A DNA stretch of 64,000 bases, taken from positions 1,376,001 to 1,440,000 of the forward strand of contig NZ_JAQNDL010000001.1 in the NCBI RefSeq assembly GCF_028368995.1, read 5' to 3'. Origin of the DNA: Nannocystis bainbridge. Lineage in GTDB: Bacteria; Myxococcota_A; Polyangia; Nannocystales; Nannocystaceae. Position 1 is the stretch's first letter; every line of letters begins with the position of its first letter. Positions 1-9,528 of this stretch are shown here, piece by piece. Position numbers and translations under genes: made by a program. A model generated the notes under the pieces. That model saw only the letters and a program-made list of their open reading frames with translations. It was not told the origin of the DNA and did not search any database.

Positions 1-861
1 GTCGAGCTGACGCGGCGGCAGATCCCCTACACCGTGCGCAGCGGCCTCCGCTTCTTCGAGCAGGCCCACATCAAGGACGTCGTCGCCTACCTGCGCGCGC
101 GCCAGAACCCGCAGGACAGCCTGTCGTGGATCCGTCTGCTGCGCCTGTGGCCGGGCGTCGGCGCGCAGACGGCCGAGCAGCTGGCGGTGCTCCTGGCCAA
201 AGAGACAGCCGCGGGCGCCGCCTCGGCCGGGCAGGTGCTGGCCGACCAGGCCGGCCAGGCGCGCGGGCGGGCCAAGCCGGCGCTCGAGCGGCTGGCCGAG
301 CTGTGGACGATCCTCGAGAACCCCGATCTGCGCAGCCCCGGCGCGATGATCCGCGAGGTCGTCGCCCGCCACTACGGCGAATACACCGACCGCAACTTCC
401 CCAACGCCGCCGCGCGCAAGGACGACCTCGAGCACCTCGCCGGCTACGCCGAGCGCTACGACGGCGCCAACGAGTTCCTCAGCGAGCTCGCCCTGGTCCA
501 GGGCATGAGCGCCGAGAACGTGCTCGGCGCCGAGGAGCCCGACGACATGTTGGTGCTGTCGACGGTGCACCAGGCCAAGGGCCTCGAGTGGCCGATCTGC
601 TTCGTGCTGTGGCTGGCCGAGGGCCGCTTCCCGATGGCCACCGCCGTGCGCGACCCGGCCGATCTCGAGGAGGAGCGGCGCCTGTTCTACGTCGCGGCCA
701 CCCGCGCCGCCGACGAGCTGTACTGCTGTTATCCGGTGATCGAGGAGAACCGCGACGGGCCGTCGCACATCATGCGCCCGAGCCGCTTCCTGGTCGAGAT
801 CGATCACAACCCGGCGGTGTTCGAGCGCTGGCAGATCGAAGAGTCGCCGGCGACCGGCTGA
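1..861 (+). CDS. UvrD/Rep/PcrA-family ATP-dependent helicase, C-terminal part (5' truncated by window edge)
   Basis: Frame open from base 1. SF1A motifs LSTVHQAKGLEW and EEERRLFYVAATRA, plus PSRFL. Confidence 0.92.
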   Translation, partial: VELTRRQIPYTVRSGLRFFEQAHIKDVVAYLRARQNPQDSLSWIRLLRLWPGVGAQTAEQLAVLLAKETAAGAASAGQVLADQAGQARGRAKPALERLAELWTILENPDLRSPGAMIREVVARHYGEYTDRNFPNAAARKDDLEHLAGYAERYDGANEFLSELALVQGMSAENVLGAEEPDDMLVLSTVHQAKGLEWPICFVLWLAEGRFPMATAVRDPADLEEERRLFYVAATRAADELYCCYPVIEENRDGPSHIMRPSRFLVEIDHNPAVFERWQIEESPATG

Positions 862-867
862 CCTCGC

Positions 868-932
868 GCGGATGGCGGCGCGGACATGCTCCCGGGAGCA
901 TGTCCGATCGCACATGCTCCTTCGGACACACC
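868..932. repeat. 14-bp-phased palindromic array (TGTCC-N4-GGACA family)
   Basis: Cores at 871 (GATG), 885, 899, 913 (CATG) and 927 (CACA), all 14 bp apart, directly after the helicase stop. Confidence 0.85.
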
Positions 933-1045
933 GAAGATTTGCCGCTCGCTGTGCGGCCGATCTGCCGTGGCGCTCGCCGCAATTATTGCCGGCGGACCGG
1001 GCAATCGTCGGTCACGACATTTCGGCCGGTCGGTCGCCGGGCACG

Positions 1046-1080
1046 AAAAAAGGCCGCCCCGGACGGGAGCGGCCTTTTTG
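1046..1080. terminator. Bidirectional intrinsic terminator
   Basis: AAAAAAGGCCGC-CCCGGACGGGA-GCGGCCTTTTT hairpin with A and T tails, between the convergent helicase and histone genes. Confidence 0.85.
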
Positions 1081-1113
1081 TTCGCTGCGTGCGACCCTCG
1101 CGGGTCGGACGGC

Positions 1114-1311
1114 CTACAGGTCGTAGGGGCGAACGGTGCTGCGGTTGTTGCTCTTGCAGCGCTCGATCGCGGCGCCGAGGAGCTCGTGGACCTTGTCGGA
1201 CACGGCCTGGATCAGCTCACCATCGCTGCGGAGACCCGCGTCGCGGATGACGTCCTTGACCTTGCTGCCGACGACGAGGATTTCCTTGGGTGCCTTGTTC
1301 TTGGTTGCCAT
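1114..1311 (-). CDS. Bacterial histone-fold protein (Bd0055-like), 65 aa
   Basis: MATKNKAPKEILVVGSKVKDVIRDAGLRSDGELIQAVSDKVHELLGAAIERCKSNNRSTVRPYDL. Has the LVVxSKVK start and the histone L2/alpha3 RxTV-x3-D motif. ATG at 1311; own terminator. Confidence 0.88.
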   Translation of the reverse strand: MATKNKAPKEILVVGSKVKDVIRDAGLRSDGELIQAVSDKVHELLGAAIERCKSNNRSTVRPYDL

Positions 1312-1774
1312 TGTTGGGTTCTTTCGCTCGTACGTCCGTGGGGACGAGAATGTGGAGGAGGTCGCGGTAGATCGGAGAAGCCCGACCTCGTTGCTCGGCA
1401 AGGACCATAATCCGGAACATCTGCTCTGCAAAGGCAAATTTGCAGCGTAGGAGCCAACTTTTTTCGGGGAGGGCCAGCGGGGAGGGGGTAGCGGCCCGTG
1501 TACCTTAGGTCTGACGGACTAGTCGGGCCCGCCGATCGCACCGACGCTGCCGCGGATGCGACCCCGCTAAAGCGGCGATATTCCATGAATCTGGCCTCTA
1601 AGCGCCGCCGCGGCCGCCGAATTGCTCGACGTCGGCGCGGCGCATGTCGATGCTGCGAGCAGAGTCCGATCTCCCTGAAGCCCGCGTCACAACCTGCGAG
1701 GTGCAGAAGATCGCATCTGCCCGCAGCGGTGACGATCGCCGGCCGGGTCACTCGCAGCTGCGTCGCTCCTTCCT

Positions 1775-2323
1775 TTAAGAGGAAGCAGCGAGGTCCTCGC
1801 AGGCGAGCGACCATGCGGACAGCAGCGCGGCTGCACGGGGGCCAGTGGCCGCGGCGAACAGAGATCTGCGGTCCGCCGACGGACGCGAAAGCGTGATCGC
1901 CAGGTGGTCCGCGGGCGGCGAACGCCACCGAGATCCCCACTCGACGATCATCGCCGTCCCGCGCTCGAGGCTCGGCTGTTCGGCCGCTTCGCCGAGCGCA
2001 CCGGACTCGAGCAGCAGCTCCTCGAGGTCGAGGGAATCGAACCCTGCGCCGCCGCCGAGGCCCTCGTCGTCGTCGCCGCCGAGGCGGAACAGATCGACGT
2101 GGACGAGGCTGGGGCCGCGGCCGTGGTGGACCATGCACAGGGTGAAGGTCGGGCTCTGGACCCGACCGGGATGAGACACGCCGAGCCCGACGGCGATCGC
2201 ACGGGTGAGCGTCGTCTTGCCTGCGCCCATGGGGCCGTGGAGCAGCACCACGTCGCCCGCTCGCAGACTCGCACCGAGCGCGCGCCCGCGCAGCGCCATC
2301 GCCTCCTGGTCGAGGTCGGTCAT
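1775..2323 (-). CDS. tsaE: tRNA threonylcarbamoyladenosine biosynthesis ATPase TsaE
   Basis: GDVVLLHGPMGAGKTT, VQSPTFTL, HVDLFRL and IVEWG motifs. Start could be GTG at 2383. Confidence 0.93.
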   Translation of the reverse strand: MTDLDQEAMALRGRALGASLRAGDVVLLHGPMGAGKTTLTRAIAVGLGVSHPGRVQSPTFTLCMVHHGRGPSLVHVDLFRLGGDDDEGLGGGAGFDSLDLEELLLESGALGEAAEQPSLERGTAMIVEWGSRWRSPPADHLAITLSRPSADRRSLFAAATGPRAAALLSAWSLACEDLAASS

Positions 2324-2459
2324 TTCCCGCGATCGTGGGGCGCCTTCGGCGTCCGCGCCCGTATTCGTCGGCCCTGCGCTCACGCCGCGAGTGTACACGC
2401 CGCGCGTCGCCCGGGCGGCCTTGTGCGCCGCGAAACTCCGGTGGTACAGGGCTGGTCCG

Positions 2460-4592
2460 ATGCTCGCAGTGGGCTCTCGTCTCCTCCGCCGCGCCGCCGC
2501 GTGCGCCCTCGTCGGCGCCGTCGCGTGCGAGCCGGGGCCGCCGCCGGAGCGGCGGGTGGCCGAGCCCGTCGACCCCTTGCGACCGCTCGACGTCCGCGGC
2601 CCCATCCCCGCCGGCATCAAGCTCGCCGACTACGTCCTCGACGCCAGCCTCGACGCCGAGAAACACACCGTCACCGGCACCGCGCGGATCACCTGGCGCA
2701 ACAGCACCCGCGCCCCCGTCGACGCGCTGGTGCTCCACCTCTATATGAACGGCTTCCGCGCCGAGGACACCGCGTGGATGGCCGAGGCCCGCGGCTCGCA
2801 CCGCGGCGCGCGGCAGGACAAGGGCGAGGGCAAGTGGGGCTACATCGACGTCCGCGCCGCTCGCCTGCTCGCGCAGGGACCGAGCGCCGACTTCAAGGCG
2901 CCCGAGCAGCGCGACGCTGCCGCCACCCCACTCACCCTCGTCGAGGGCGCCGACCCCAGCCTCGGCTCGCTCGCCTTGCCGCGCCCGGTCGGCCCTGACG
3001 AGACCATCACCGTCGAGCTCGACTTCTTCACCCAGCTGCCGCGGGTGTTCGCGCGCACCGGCTACGACGGCGAGTTCCACATGGTCGGCCAGTGGTACCC
3101 CAAGCTGGCGGTGCGCCACGAGGGCGGCTGGCAGGCCCACGTCTTCACGCTTCACAGCGAGTTCTACGCCGACTTCGGCGACTACGACGTCCACCTGGAT
3201 GTCCCCGAGGACATGGTCGTCGGGGCATCCGGCGTGCTGGTCGAGGAGCGGCCGCCGGAGGGCGGGCGCAAGCGGCTGCGGTACCGCGCCGACACCGTGC
3301 ACGACTTCGCCTGGGCCGCCTCGCCCGACTTCCTCGAGTACGGTGATACCTGGCGCGACGTCAGGATCCGCCAGCTCGTCCCGCGCGCGCTCGCGGGCGA
3401 CGTGCAGCGCCACCTCGACGCCCAGGTCGCCGCGCTCGAGAGCATGGACGCTCGCTTCGGGCCCTACCCGTGGTCGACGATCACCATCGTCCACCCGCCG
3501 GAGTCCGCCGGCGGCGCCCAGGGCATGGAGTACCCGACCTTCTTCACCACCTCCGACATCCTGCGCGTGCCGCTGCCGCTGCGCCTGCTCGGCATCCACG
3601 AGCTGCTCACCGGCGAGTTCACCACCATCCACGAGTTCGGCCACCAGTATTTCCAGGGCCTGCTCGCCTCCGACGAGGCGACCCAGCCGTGGCTCGACGA
3701 GGGCATCAACTCGTTCTCCAACACCCTCGCGCTCGACGACTGGCTCGGCGACGACGCCACCATCGCCCGCATCGGCAACCAGCGCGTGTCGACCATCGAC
3801 ATGATCCGCGTCGCCCTGCAGACCGCCGCCGAGCTCGACCCCGTCGACCGCCGCGCCGAGGACTACCGCGACTTCACCGGCACCTTCGGCGGCACCGTCT
3901 ACCGCAAGACCGCCGCCGTGTTCCACACCCTGCGCGCGCTGGTCGGCCCCGAGAAATTCGACCGCGCCTTCCGCATTTACTGCGACACCTGGCGCTTCCG
4001 TCACCCGACCGGCGCCGACCTGCGGGCCGCGCTCCTGCGTGAGATCGGCCCCAAGGTCAGGATCTCCGACACAGGTCCCGACGGCCAGCCGGTCGACCTC
4101 GACGTCGCCGACTACCTGGCCCAGGCGATCGAGACCACCGCCTCGGTCGATTTCGCCGTCACCCGGGTCGCCAACCGCCGGGCCGTCGGCGACGCCGGCT
4201 GGCGCCGCGGCCAGGACGGCGCGCTCGCGCTGATCGAGCCCGAGCCCGCGCCCGAGGGCGAGGAGCTGGGCGACGAGGCCAGCGAGGGCTTCGCGCTGAT
4301 CGTGCGCGAGGGCGAGTTCCGCGTCCCGGTCGAGATCGAGTTCGCGTTCAAGGGCGGCGCGCGCGAGCGGCTGTGGTGGGACGGCCAGGCCCGCTACCGC
4401 GTGTTCACCTTCCCCGGCAAGAAGCTCGCCGGCGTGGCGATCGACCCCGACGACAAGCTCCTGCTCGAGGGCGAGCGGCTCGACAACCGCGTGCGCGGCC
4501 CGGGCCAGCGCACCCCCGACGGCCTCAGCGATCCGGTCGCCCGCTTCCACGAGGCCATGGACCTCGCGGTGCTCGGAGGTCTCGGCCTGTGA
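2460..4592 (+). CDS. M1-family zinc aminopeptidase, probable lipoprotein
   Basis: GMEYP, HEFGHQYF and WLDEGIN motifs; lipobox-like AVAC after ATG 2460. Confidence 0.88.
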   Translation: MLAVGSRLLRRAAACALVGAVACEPGPPPERRVAEPVDPLRPLDVRGPIPAGIKLADYVLDASLDAEKHTVTGTARITWRNSTRAPVDALVLHLYMNGFRAEDTAWMAEARGSHRGARQDKGEGKWGYIDVRAARLLAQGPSADFKAPEQRDAAATPLTLVEGADPSLGSLALPRPVGPDETITVELDFFTQLPRVFARTGYDGEFHMVGQWYPKLAVRHEGGWQAHVFTLHSEFYADFGDYDVHLDVPEDMVVGASGVLVEERPPEGGRKRLRYRADTVHDFAWAASPDFLEYGDTWRDVRIRQLVPRALAGDVQRHLDAQVAALESMDARFGPYPWSTITIVHPPESAGGAQGMEYPTFFTTSDILRVPLPLRLLGIHELLTGEFTTIHEFGHQYFQGLLASDEATQPWLDEGINSFSNTLALDDWLGDDATIARIGNQRVSTIDMIRVALQTAAELDPVDRRAEDYRDFTGTFGGTVYRKTAAVFHTLRALVGPEKFDRAFRIYCDTWRFRHPTGADLRAALLREIGPKVRISDTGPDGQPVDLDVADYLAQAIETTASVDFAVTRVANRRAVGDAGWRRGQDGALALIEPEPAPEGEELGDEASEGFALIVREGEFRVPVEIEFAFKGGARERLWWDGQARYRVFTFPGKKLAGVAIDPDDKLLLEGERLDNRVRGPGQRTPDGLSDPVARFHEAMDLAVLGGLGL

Positions 4593-5362
4593 ACGCGCTG
4601 CGCCGCGTGCTCCGCGTCCCCGGCCTGTGGCTGGGCCTGTGCGCCCTCCAGCTCGGCCTCGCCTGGGGCCTGGCCCAGCCGGTCGCCGGGGCCGTGCGCG
4701 CCGCCATGGGCGGGCGCGTGTGGACCGACCCGCACCGCCTGATCGCCGCCCTCGCCGAGCTGCTGGTCCAGAACCCCGCCATCCTCACCGTGTTCGTCGC
4801 CGCCGCCATCACCAGCGGCTTGCTCGGCGCCGCGATCGCCCTGCTCGTGCGCGGCGGCGTGCTGCTGCGCCTGGGCGACGCCAGCGACCGGGGCACCCGC
4901 GCGTGGGCCGAGTTCGGCCGCGCCAGCCTCGGCAACCTGCCCGTGCTGGCGCTGATCGGCCTCTACGGCCTGGTCCTGCGCGTCGTCCTCAGCTTCGTCG
5001 CCAACGCCCTGGCCGGCGCGCACGCCCTCGTCGAGTTGGTCGTGCTCGTGCTCCTCCTGACCTTTGCGACCTGCGCCGGCGACCTCGCGGCCGCCCGCCG
5101 GGTCCTCCGCGGCGAGCGCGGCGTCCACCCGCGCGAGTACCTGCGCGCCTGCGCCGACGTGGCCAGGAGCCCGCGCCTGTGGCTCGCCTCCGGCGCCCTC
5201 ACCCTCGCCCGCTGGGCCATCGCCGGCGCCATCGTCGTGATCGCCGTGCACGGCAGCGGCGAGGCCTGGGCGTCCTGGTCCGCCCGCGGCCTCGCCTGCG
5301 TCGCCGTGTTCCTGGCGCTGTGGCGGGTCGCCGTCGCCGTCGAGGCCAGCCGGCGCGACTGA
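4589..5362 (+). CDS. Polytopic membrane protein coupled to the M1 peptidase
   Basis: GTGA start/stop overlap at 4589-4592; about 6 hydrophobic segments. Confidence 0.75.
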   Translation: MNALRRVLRVPGLWLGLCALQLGLAWGLAQPVAGAVRAAMGGRVWTDPHRLIAALAELLVQNPAILTVFVAAAITSGLLGAAIALLVRGGVLLRLGDASDRGTRAWAEFGRASLGNLPVLALIGLYGLVLRVVLSFVANALAGAHALVELVVLVLLLTFATCAGDLAAARRVLRGERGVHPREYLRACADVARSPRLWLASGALTLARWAIAGAIVVIAVHGSGEAWASWSARGLACVAVFLALWRVAVAVEASRRD

Positions 5363-5390
5363 TCCGCGGCTGCCTCTCGGGACAGCATCA

Positions 5391-5492
5391 CCTGTCCCCC
5401 GGTACACATTTTTAAACATGTCCCAAGGGACATGTCTCGAGGGACGCATCTATAAAAAATGTCCCGAGGGACATGTCTCGCAGGACATCCTT
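5391..5492. repeat. 14-bp-phased palindromic array
   Basis: Cores at 5417, 5431, 5445, 5458, 5472 and 5486 (one 13-bp step), e.g. TGTCCCAAGGGACA and TGTCCCGAGGGACA. Confidence 0.85.
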
Positions 5493-5595
5493 GCTCCGGC
5501 CCGAGCGGCCGCCCCGGCGCTCCGGCGCTGTGGCTCGCGCCGATCGCCGTTCCCTCGCAGCACCGGCCCCGCCCGCCGTGGTACGATGCCGGCGA

Positions 5596-7392
5596 ATGTC
5601 CATGCGCAGGATCTCCTGGTTGTTCGCCCTGGTCGCCTGCGGTCCTGCGGCCCAAGCTCCGGCCGGCCCTGCGCCGGCTCCGGAGGCGAACGTCGCCGTC
5701 GTCCCCGAAACGCCCGCCGCAGCGGGCAGCGTCACCGGCCGCCTCCGGGCCCACGACGGCAGCCCGCTGCGCGCCGGCGAGTTCGCGCTGATCCGCAACG
5801 GCTTCATGAAGCCGGCCGCGCGCGGCCCTCTGGGCGAGGACGGCAGCTTCCGCGTCGAGATCGAGCCCGGCATGTACATCCTCGCCGTCTCTGCCGTCGA
5901 CCACGCCCAGCTCGTGCAGGCGCTGCAGGTCACCGGCCCCGTCGAGGTCACGGGCAACCTCGGCACCTACGCGCGGCCCGAGCCTGGTGCGTCGCTGCAG
6001 GTCCACTTGCAGTGGCAGGACGCCGCCGGCGCGCAGCTGGGCGCCGAATCACGGACCGCGCCGCGCGGCCCTGCCGGCGCCTATCGCCTCGACCTCTCGG
6101 GCCGCCCGCCCCGCGCCGCCAGGCTGCGCTACCAGCTCGACAGCGGGACCGGCCGCACCTACAACGGCCCGCTCGCCGACCGCCACGAGAGCGACGGCGG
6201 CGGCGATTTTTGGTCGGTCGTCGACCTCGTCGGCCAGAGCGCGCTCGAGCTCGACCTCGCCAGGCTGCCGCCCGCGGACCGGCCCGCGCAGCTCGAGTGG
6301 CGCGGCGAGCCGTCCGGCATGCGCGCCCTCCGGCTCTTCCGCGACGCCTGGCAGCCCCGCGTCTCCGCGCTGCAGCAGAGCATGACGCACCAGGACGGCA
6401 AGCTGCTCGTCCCGGACGCGACCTGGCGGGCGACCATGGCCGCGCTCGCCGCCGAGGCGCTCGCCGAGGCCGACGCCGCCGCCGACGACGACACCCGCCT
6501 GCTGCTCCGCCTCGCCCACCTCGATCTGTTCACCGGCCACGACGACCACGCCGACGCCCGCGCCCGCGCCGACTGGCTGCTCGCGCGCGTCGATCCGCTC
6601 GACCGACGGCTCAGCGCGTTCTGGAACCTGACCAACCTCCTGTCCCGCGTCCTCGACACCGCCGACGAGACCTTCGCCGCGCGCGCCGAGGCGTGGCTGG
6701 CCCGCGCCGCCGCCCAGGAGGACGCCGGGACCGCCCTCGACGCCCTCTCGCTGCTCCTCTACCGCGCCCGCGACCGCGGCCTCGACGACCGCGTCGCCGA
6801 GCTGTACGCCAGCGCCCGCGAGCCGCGGTTCGAGGGCACCTTCACCGCCAAGTACCTCGCCGAGCAGTTCGACCCCGACCGCGCCCTGCAGCGCGGCAAG
6901 CCGCTGCCCGAGTTTCGCTTCCCCGCCCTCGACGTCGGCGCCCCCGCGGTGTCCCAGGCCGACCGTCGCGGCAAGCTCTACTTCATCGAGTTCTGGGCCA
7001 CCTGGTGCGGCCCCTGCGTCGCCGACATGCCCGACATCCACGCCGCCTACGCGGCGATCAACGGCGCCGCGCCCGGCCCCGGCCCCGACGGCCTGCACAA
7101 GCTCGGCGCCGTCGCCCAGCCGCGGATCGAGTTCGTGTTCGTCTCCTTCGACCAGGGCCCCGGCGTCGTCCAGGACTTCCGCGCCCAGCACTGGTCGATG
7201 CCGTGGACGCACGCGTTCGTCGGCCTCGCCGGCGAGCGCGAGGTCATGGCTCGCTTCGGCTTCTCCGGCGTGCCCACCGGCGTCCTCGTCGACGAGGAGG
7301 GCAAGATCCTCGAGCTCGGCGCCGACCTCCGCGGCGAGAGGCTGCGGCCCACGCTCGAGCGCGCGCTGGCCCGCGCCCCCCGCCCGATCTGA
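5596..7392 (+). CDS. Lipoprotein with C-terminal TlpA-like thioredoxin domain
   Basis: Lipobox LVAC; FWATWCGPC; GVPT cis-Pro motif. Confidence 0.85.
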   Translation: MSMRRISWLFALVACGPAAQAPAGPAPAPEANVAVVPETPAAAGSVTGRLRAHDGSPLRAGEFALIRNGFMKPAARGPLGEDGSFRVEIEPGMYILAVSAVDHAQLVQALQVTGPVEVTGNLGTYARPEPGASLQVHLQWQDAAGAQLGAESRTAPRGPAGAYRLDLSGRPPRAARLRYQLDSGTGRTYNGPLADRHESDGGGDFWSVVDLVGQSALELDLARLPPADRPAQLEWRGEPSGMRALRLFRDAWQPRVSALQQSMTHQDGKLLVPDATWRATMAALAAEALAEADAAADDDTRLLLRLAHLDLFTGHDDHADARARADWLLARVDPLDRRLSAFWNLTNLLSRVLDTADETFAARAEAWLARAAAQEDAGTALDALSLLLYRARDRGLDDRVAELYASAREPRFEGTFTAKYLAEQFDPDRALQRGKPLPEFRFPALDVGAPAVSQADRRGKLYFIEFWATWCGPCVADMPDIHAAYAAINGAAPGPGPDGLHKLGAVAQPRIEFVFVSFDQGPGVVQDFRAQHWSMPWTHAFVGLAGEREVMARFGFSGVPTGVLVDEEGKILELGADLRGERLRPTLERALARAPRPI

Positions 7393-7397
7393 CCGCG

Positions 7398-7462
7398 ATA
7401 ACATGCCCCGTAAGACATGTCCTTCAGGACATTCTCAAAAGGACATGTCTTTAAAGTCATCC
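7398..7462. repeat. 14-bp-phased palindromic array
   Basis: Cores at 7402, 7416, 7430, 7444 and 7458, starting about 10 bp after the stop at 7392. Confidence 0.88.
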
Positions 7463-7707
7463 GCTGTCAGGGCCGCGACGGCGCCCGCGTCGCGGTAGAC
7501 CGCCCGCCGCCGCGACCGCCGCCACGCCGCCGCGGACCCGGCGAGCGCACGTCCGCCTGACTGCGGCCCGGCGCGCCGCGTCGGCAGCAGCGCGGCGGTC
7601 AGCCCGCCGGCGTCGGCCTCTTCGGGAGCGCCGCCTGCCGGGTGCTACGCTCGAGCCTCGCGGATCCACGGTGCGCGAGCGCTGCGCCCTCGGAGCGGGG
7701 CTTTGTC

Positions 7708-8340
7708 GTGACTCTCGAAACCACCCAGGGCGACCGCTTCGCGCAAGCGCTCCTCGCCGGCGATCATCCGGCCGCGAACGCCTGCGCGCGCGAGGCGTTC
7801 ACGCGCGGGGTCGACTATTTGTACGAGGACGTCGTGAAGCCCGCGCTGGCGCGGATCGGCGAGATGTGGGCGCGCAACCAGATCACGATCGCCGAGCAGC
7901 ACGTGGCCACCGCGCTCGCGCAGTCGGTGCTCGGCGCGCTGTACCCCGAGTTCCCGTGGCCGCCGCCCGGGCCGCCGGCGATCATCGCCTGCGTCGCGGG
8001 CGAGCTCCACGAGCTGGGCGCGCGCATGGTCGCCGACCTGCTGACGCTCGACGGCTGGGACGGCATGTTCCTCGGCGCCGACGTCTCTGACGCCGCGCTG
8101 CTCGAACGGGTCGCGCAGACACGCCCGGCCCTGGTCGTGCTCTCGGTGACGATGGTCCCGGGTCGCCGCGGGCTCGCCCCGCTCGTCGCCAGCTTGCAGC
8201 GCCTGACCCCGGCGCCCAAGCTGCTCGTCGGCGGCGCGGGCATGCTCGGCAAGGAGGACCTCGATCTGCCGCCCGGCGCCGGCGCGGTGCTGTCGTCGGC
8301 GCGCGCCGCCGTCGAGTGGGCGCGGAGGTGGAAACCATGA
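7708..8340 (+). CDS. Cobalamin (B12)-binding domain protein, CarH-like sensor without HTH
   Basis: IGEMW-x9-QH helical bundle, GELHELG, FLGAD, VVLSVT and LLVGG motifs. GTG start inferred. Confidence 0.85.
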   Translation: MTLETTQGDRFAQALLAGDHPAANACAREAFTRGVDYLYEDVVKPALARIGEMWARNQITIAEQHVATALAQSVLGALYPEFPWPPPGPPAIIACVAGELHELGARMVADLLTLDGWDGMFLGADVSDAALLERVAQTRPALVVLSVTMVPGRRGLAPLVASLQRLTPAPKLLVGGAGMLGKEDLDLPPGAGAVLSSARAAVEWARRWKP

Positions 8341-9476
8341 GCGACGGCTCGCTGCTCACCGCCCTGCTCGCCCAGCCTCACGGCCTCGTCGTGCTCCACC
8401 TCGTCGACGGCGAGATCGTCGCCGCCAGCCCCGCCGTGCGCGCGCTGCTCGGCCCGTGCGCGTGCGGCGGCGCCCGCATGGAGGCGCTCGTCGCCACGGC
8501 CTCGGCGCCCAAGCTCGCCGCCGCGCTGGCCGCCGCCACCGCTGCCGTGTTCGAGCTGCAGGTGGTGTGCGACGCCGGCGACGCGCGGCCGCTGCGGTTC
8601 CTGGTCGTGCCGCTGCAGCCGCGCGAGCACCTCCTCGTCGCCGCCCCGCTCGACCCGCGGTACGGCGTCGACCTCGAGCGGCGGCTGCTCGCCAGCCACG
8701 GCGAGCTGGCCAACCTCACCCGCGACCTCAGCCGCCGCGCCGTCGAGATCGAGGCCGCGCGGGCCGGGCTCGAGGCGCTGGGCGCGTTGCGCGACGACTT
8801 CATGGCCGCGATGGCCCACGACCTGCGCGCCCCGCTGACGACGATCGGCCTGCAGGCCGAGATGCTGACGCGCGGCGCCGATCGTCCGTCGGCGGCCGAG
8901 GTCGCCCGGCGCGGCGGACTCATCGCCCGCAACGTCGCGCGCATGGACGCCCTGATGACCCGGGTCCTGGAGGCCGCGCGGCTGGGCGGCGGCGTCGTCG
9001 CGCTCGAGCGGCGCCGCGTCTCGCTGGTCGACCTCGCCCACGACGCCATGGAGGCCGTCCAGGGCGCCGCCGAGCGGGCCCGCCTCACCCTCGAGCTGCG
9101 CTGCCGCGCCGCCGACCCGTGGCTCGTCGTCGACGGCGTGCGGGTCGGCCAGGTCCTCGGCAACGTGCTCGAGAACTCGGTGCGCCACGCCCCGCCCGCC
9201 AGCACCATCATCGTGGCGATCACCGAAGAGCCCGCGCGCCTGCGCTGCACCGTGTGCGACCAGGGCCCCGGCGTCCCGCCCGGCCTGCGCGACCAGATCT
9301 TCGAGCGCTTCGGCCGCGGCGAGCACGCCGGCATGGCCGGCCTCGGGCTCTACATCGCCCGCAAGATCGCCCGGCTCCACGGCGGCGACCTGTGGGTCGA
9401 GGACGTCACGCCCGTCGGCGCCGCCTTCGTGCTCGAGCTGCCGCGCGCCCCTTCGGACATGCCCTCGGGGACATAA
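8337..9476 (+). CDS. Sensor histidine kinase (HisKA + HATPase)
   Basis: AHDLRAPL H-box, QVLGNVLENS N-box, DQGPG, GLGL. ATGA overlap with upstream gene. Confidence 0.92.
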   Translation: MSDGSLLTALLAQPHGLVVLHLVDGEIVAASPAVRALLGPCACGGARMEALVATASAPKLAAALAAATAAVFELQVVCDAGDARPLRFLVVPLQPREHLLVAAPLDPRYGVDLERRLLASHGELANLTRDLSRRAVEIEAARAGLEALGALRDDFMAAMAHDLRAPLTTIGLQAEMLTRGADRPSAAEVARRGGLIARNVARMDALMTRVLEAARLGGGVVALERRRVSLVDLAHDAMEAVQGAAERARLTLELRCRAADPWLVVDGVRVGQVLGNVLENSVRHAPPASTIIVAITEEPARLRCTVCDQGPGVPPGLRDQIFERFGRGEHAGMAGLGLYIARKIARLHGGDLWVEDVTPVGAAFVLELPRAPSDMPSGT

Positions 9477-9520
9477 ACCATGGGACATGCCCGATCGGGC
9501 ATGCCCTATGAGTCATATCC
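9454..9520. repeat. 14-bp-phased palindromic array overlapping the kinase C-terminus
   Basis: Cores at 9458, 9472, 9486, 9500 and 9514, between convergent genes. Confidence 0.85.
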
Positions 9521-9528
9521 CCGGACCG

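Noticed and set aside
1426-1445. CTGCAAA-N6-TTTGCAG inverted repeat upstream of the histone gene
   Set aside because: A single short occurrence with no corroboration; cannot be supported as an operator.
1212-4550. Long antisense or alternate-frame ORFs (e.g. 1212-4550, 9506-12694, 30182-33967, 49724-53377)
   Set aside because: Shadow ORFs typical of high-GC DNA. They overlap well-supported genes and lack recognisable motifs.
7457-7669. 70-aa minus-strand ORF
   Set aside because: Arg/Ala-rich with no motif or clear RBS, and its stop lies in a repeat array.
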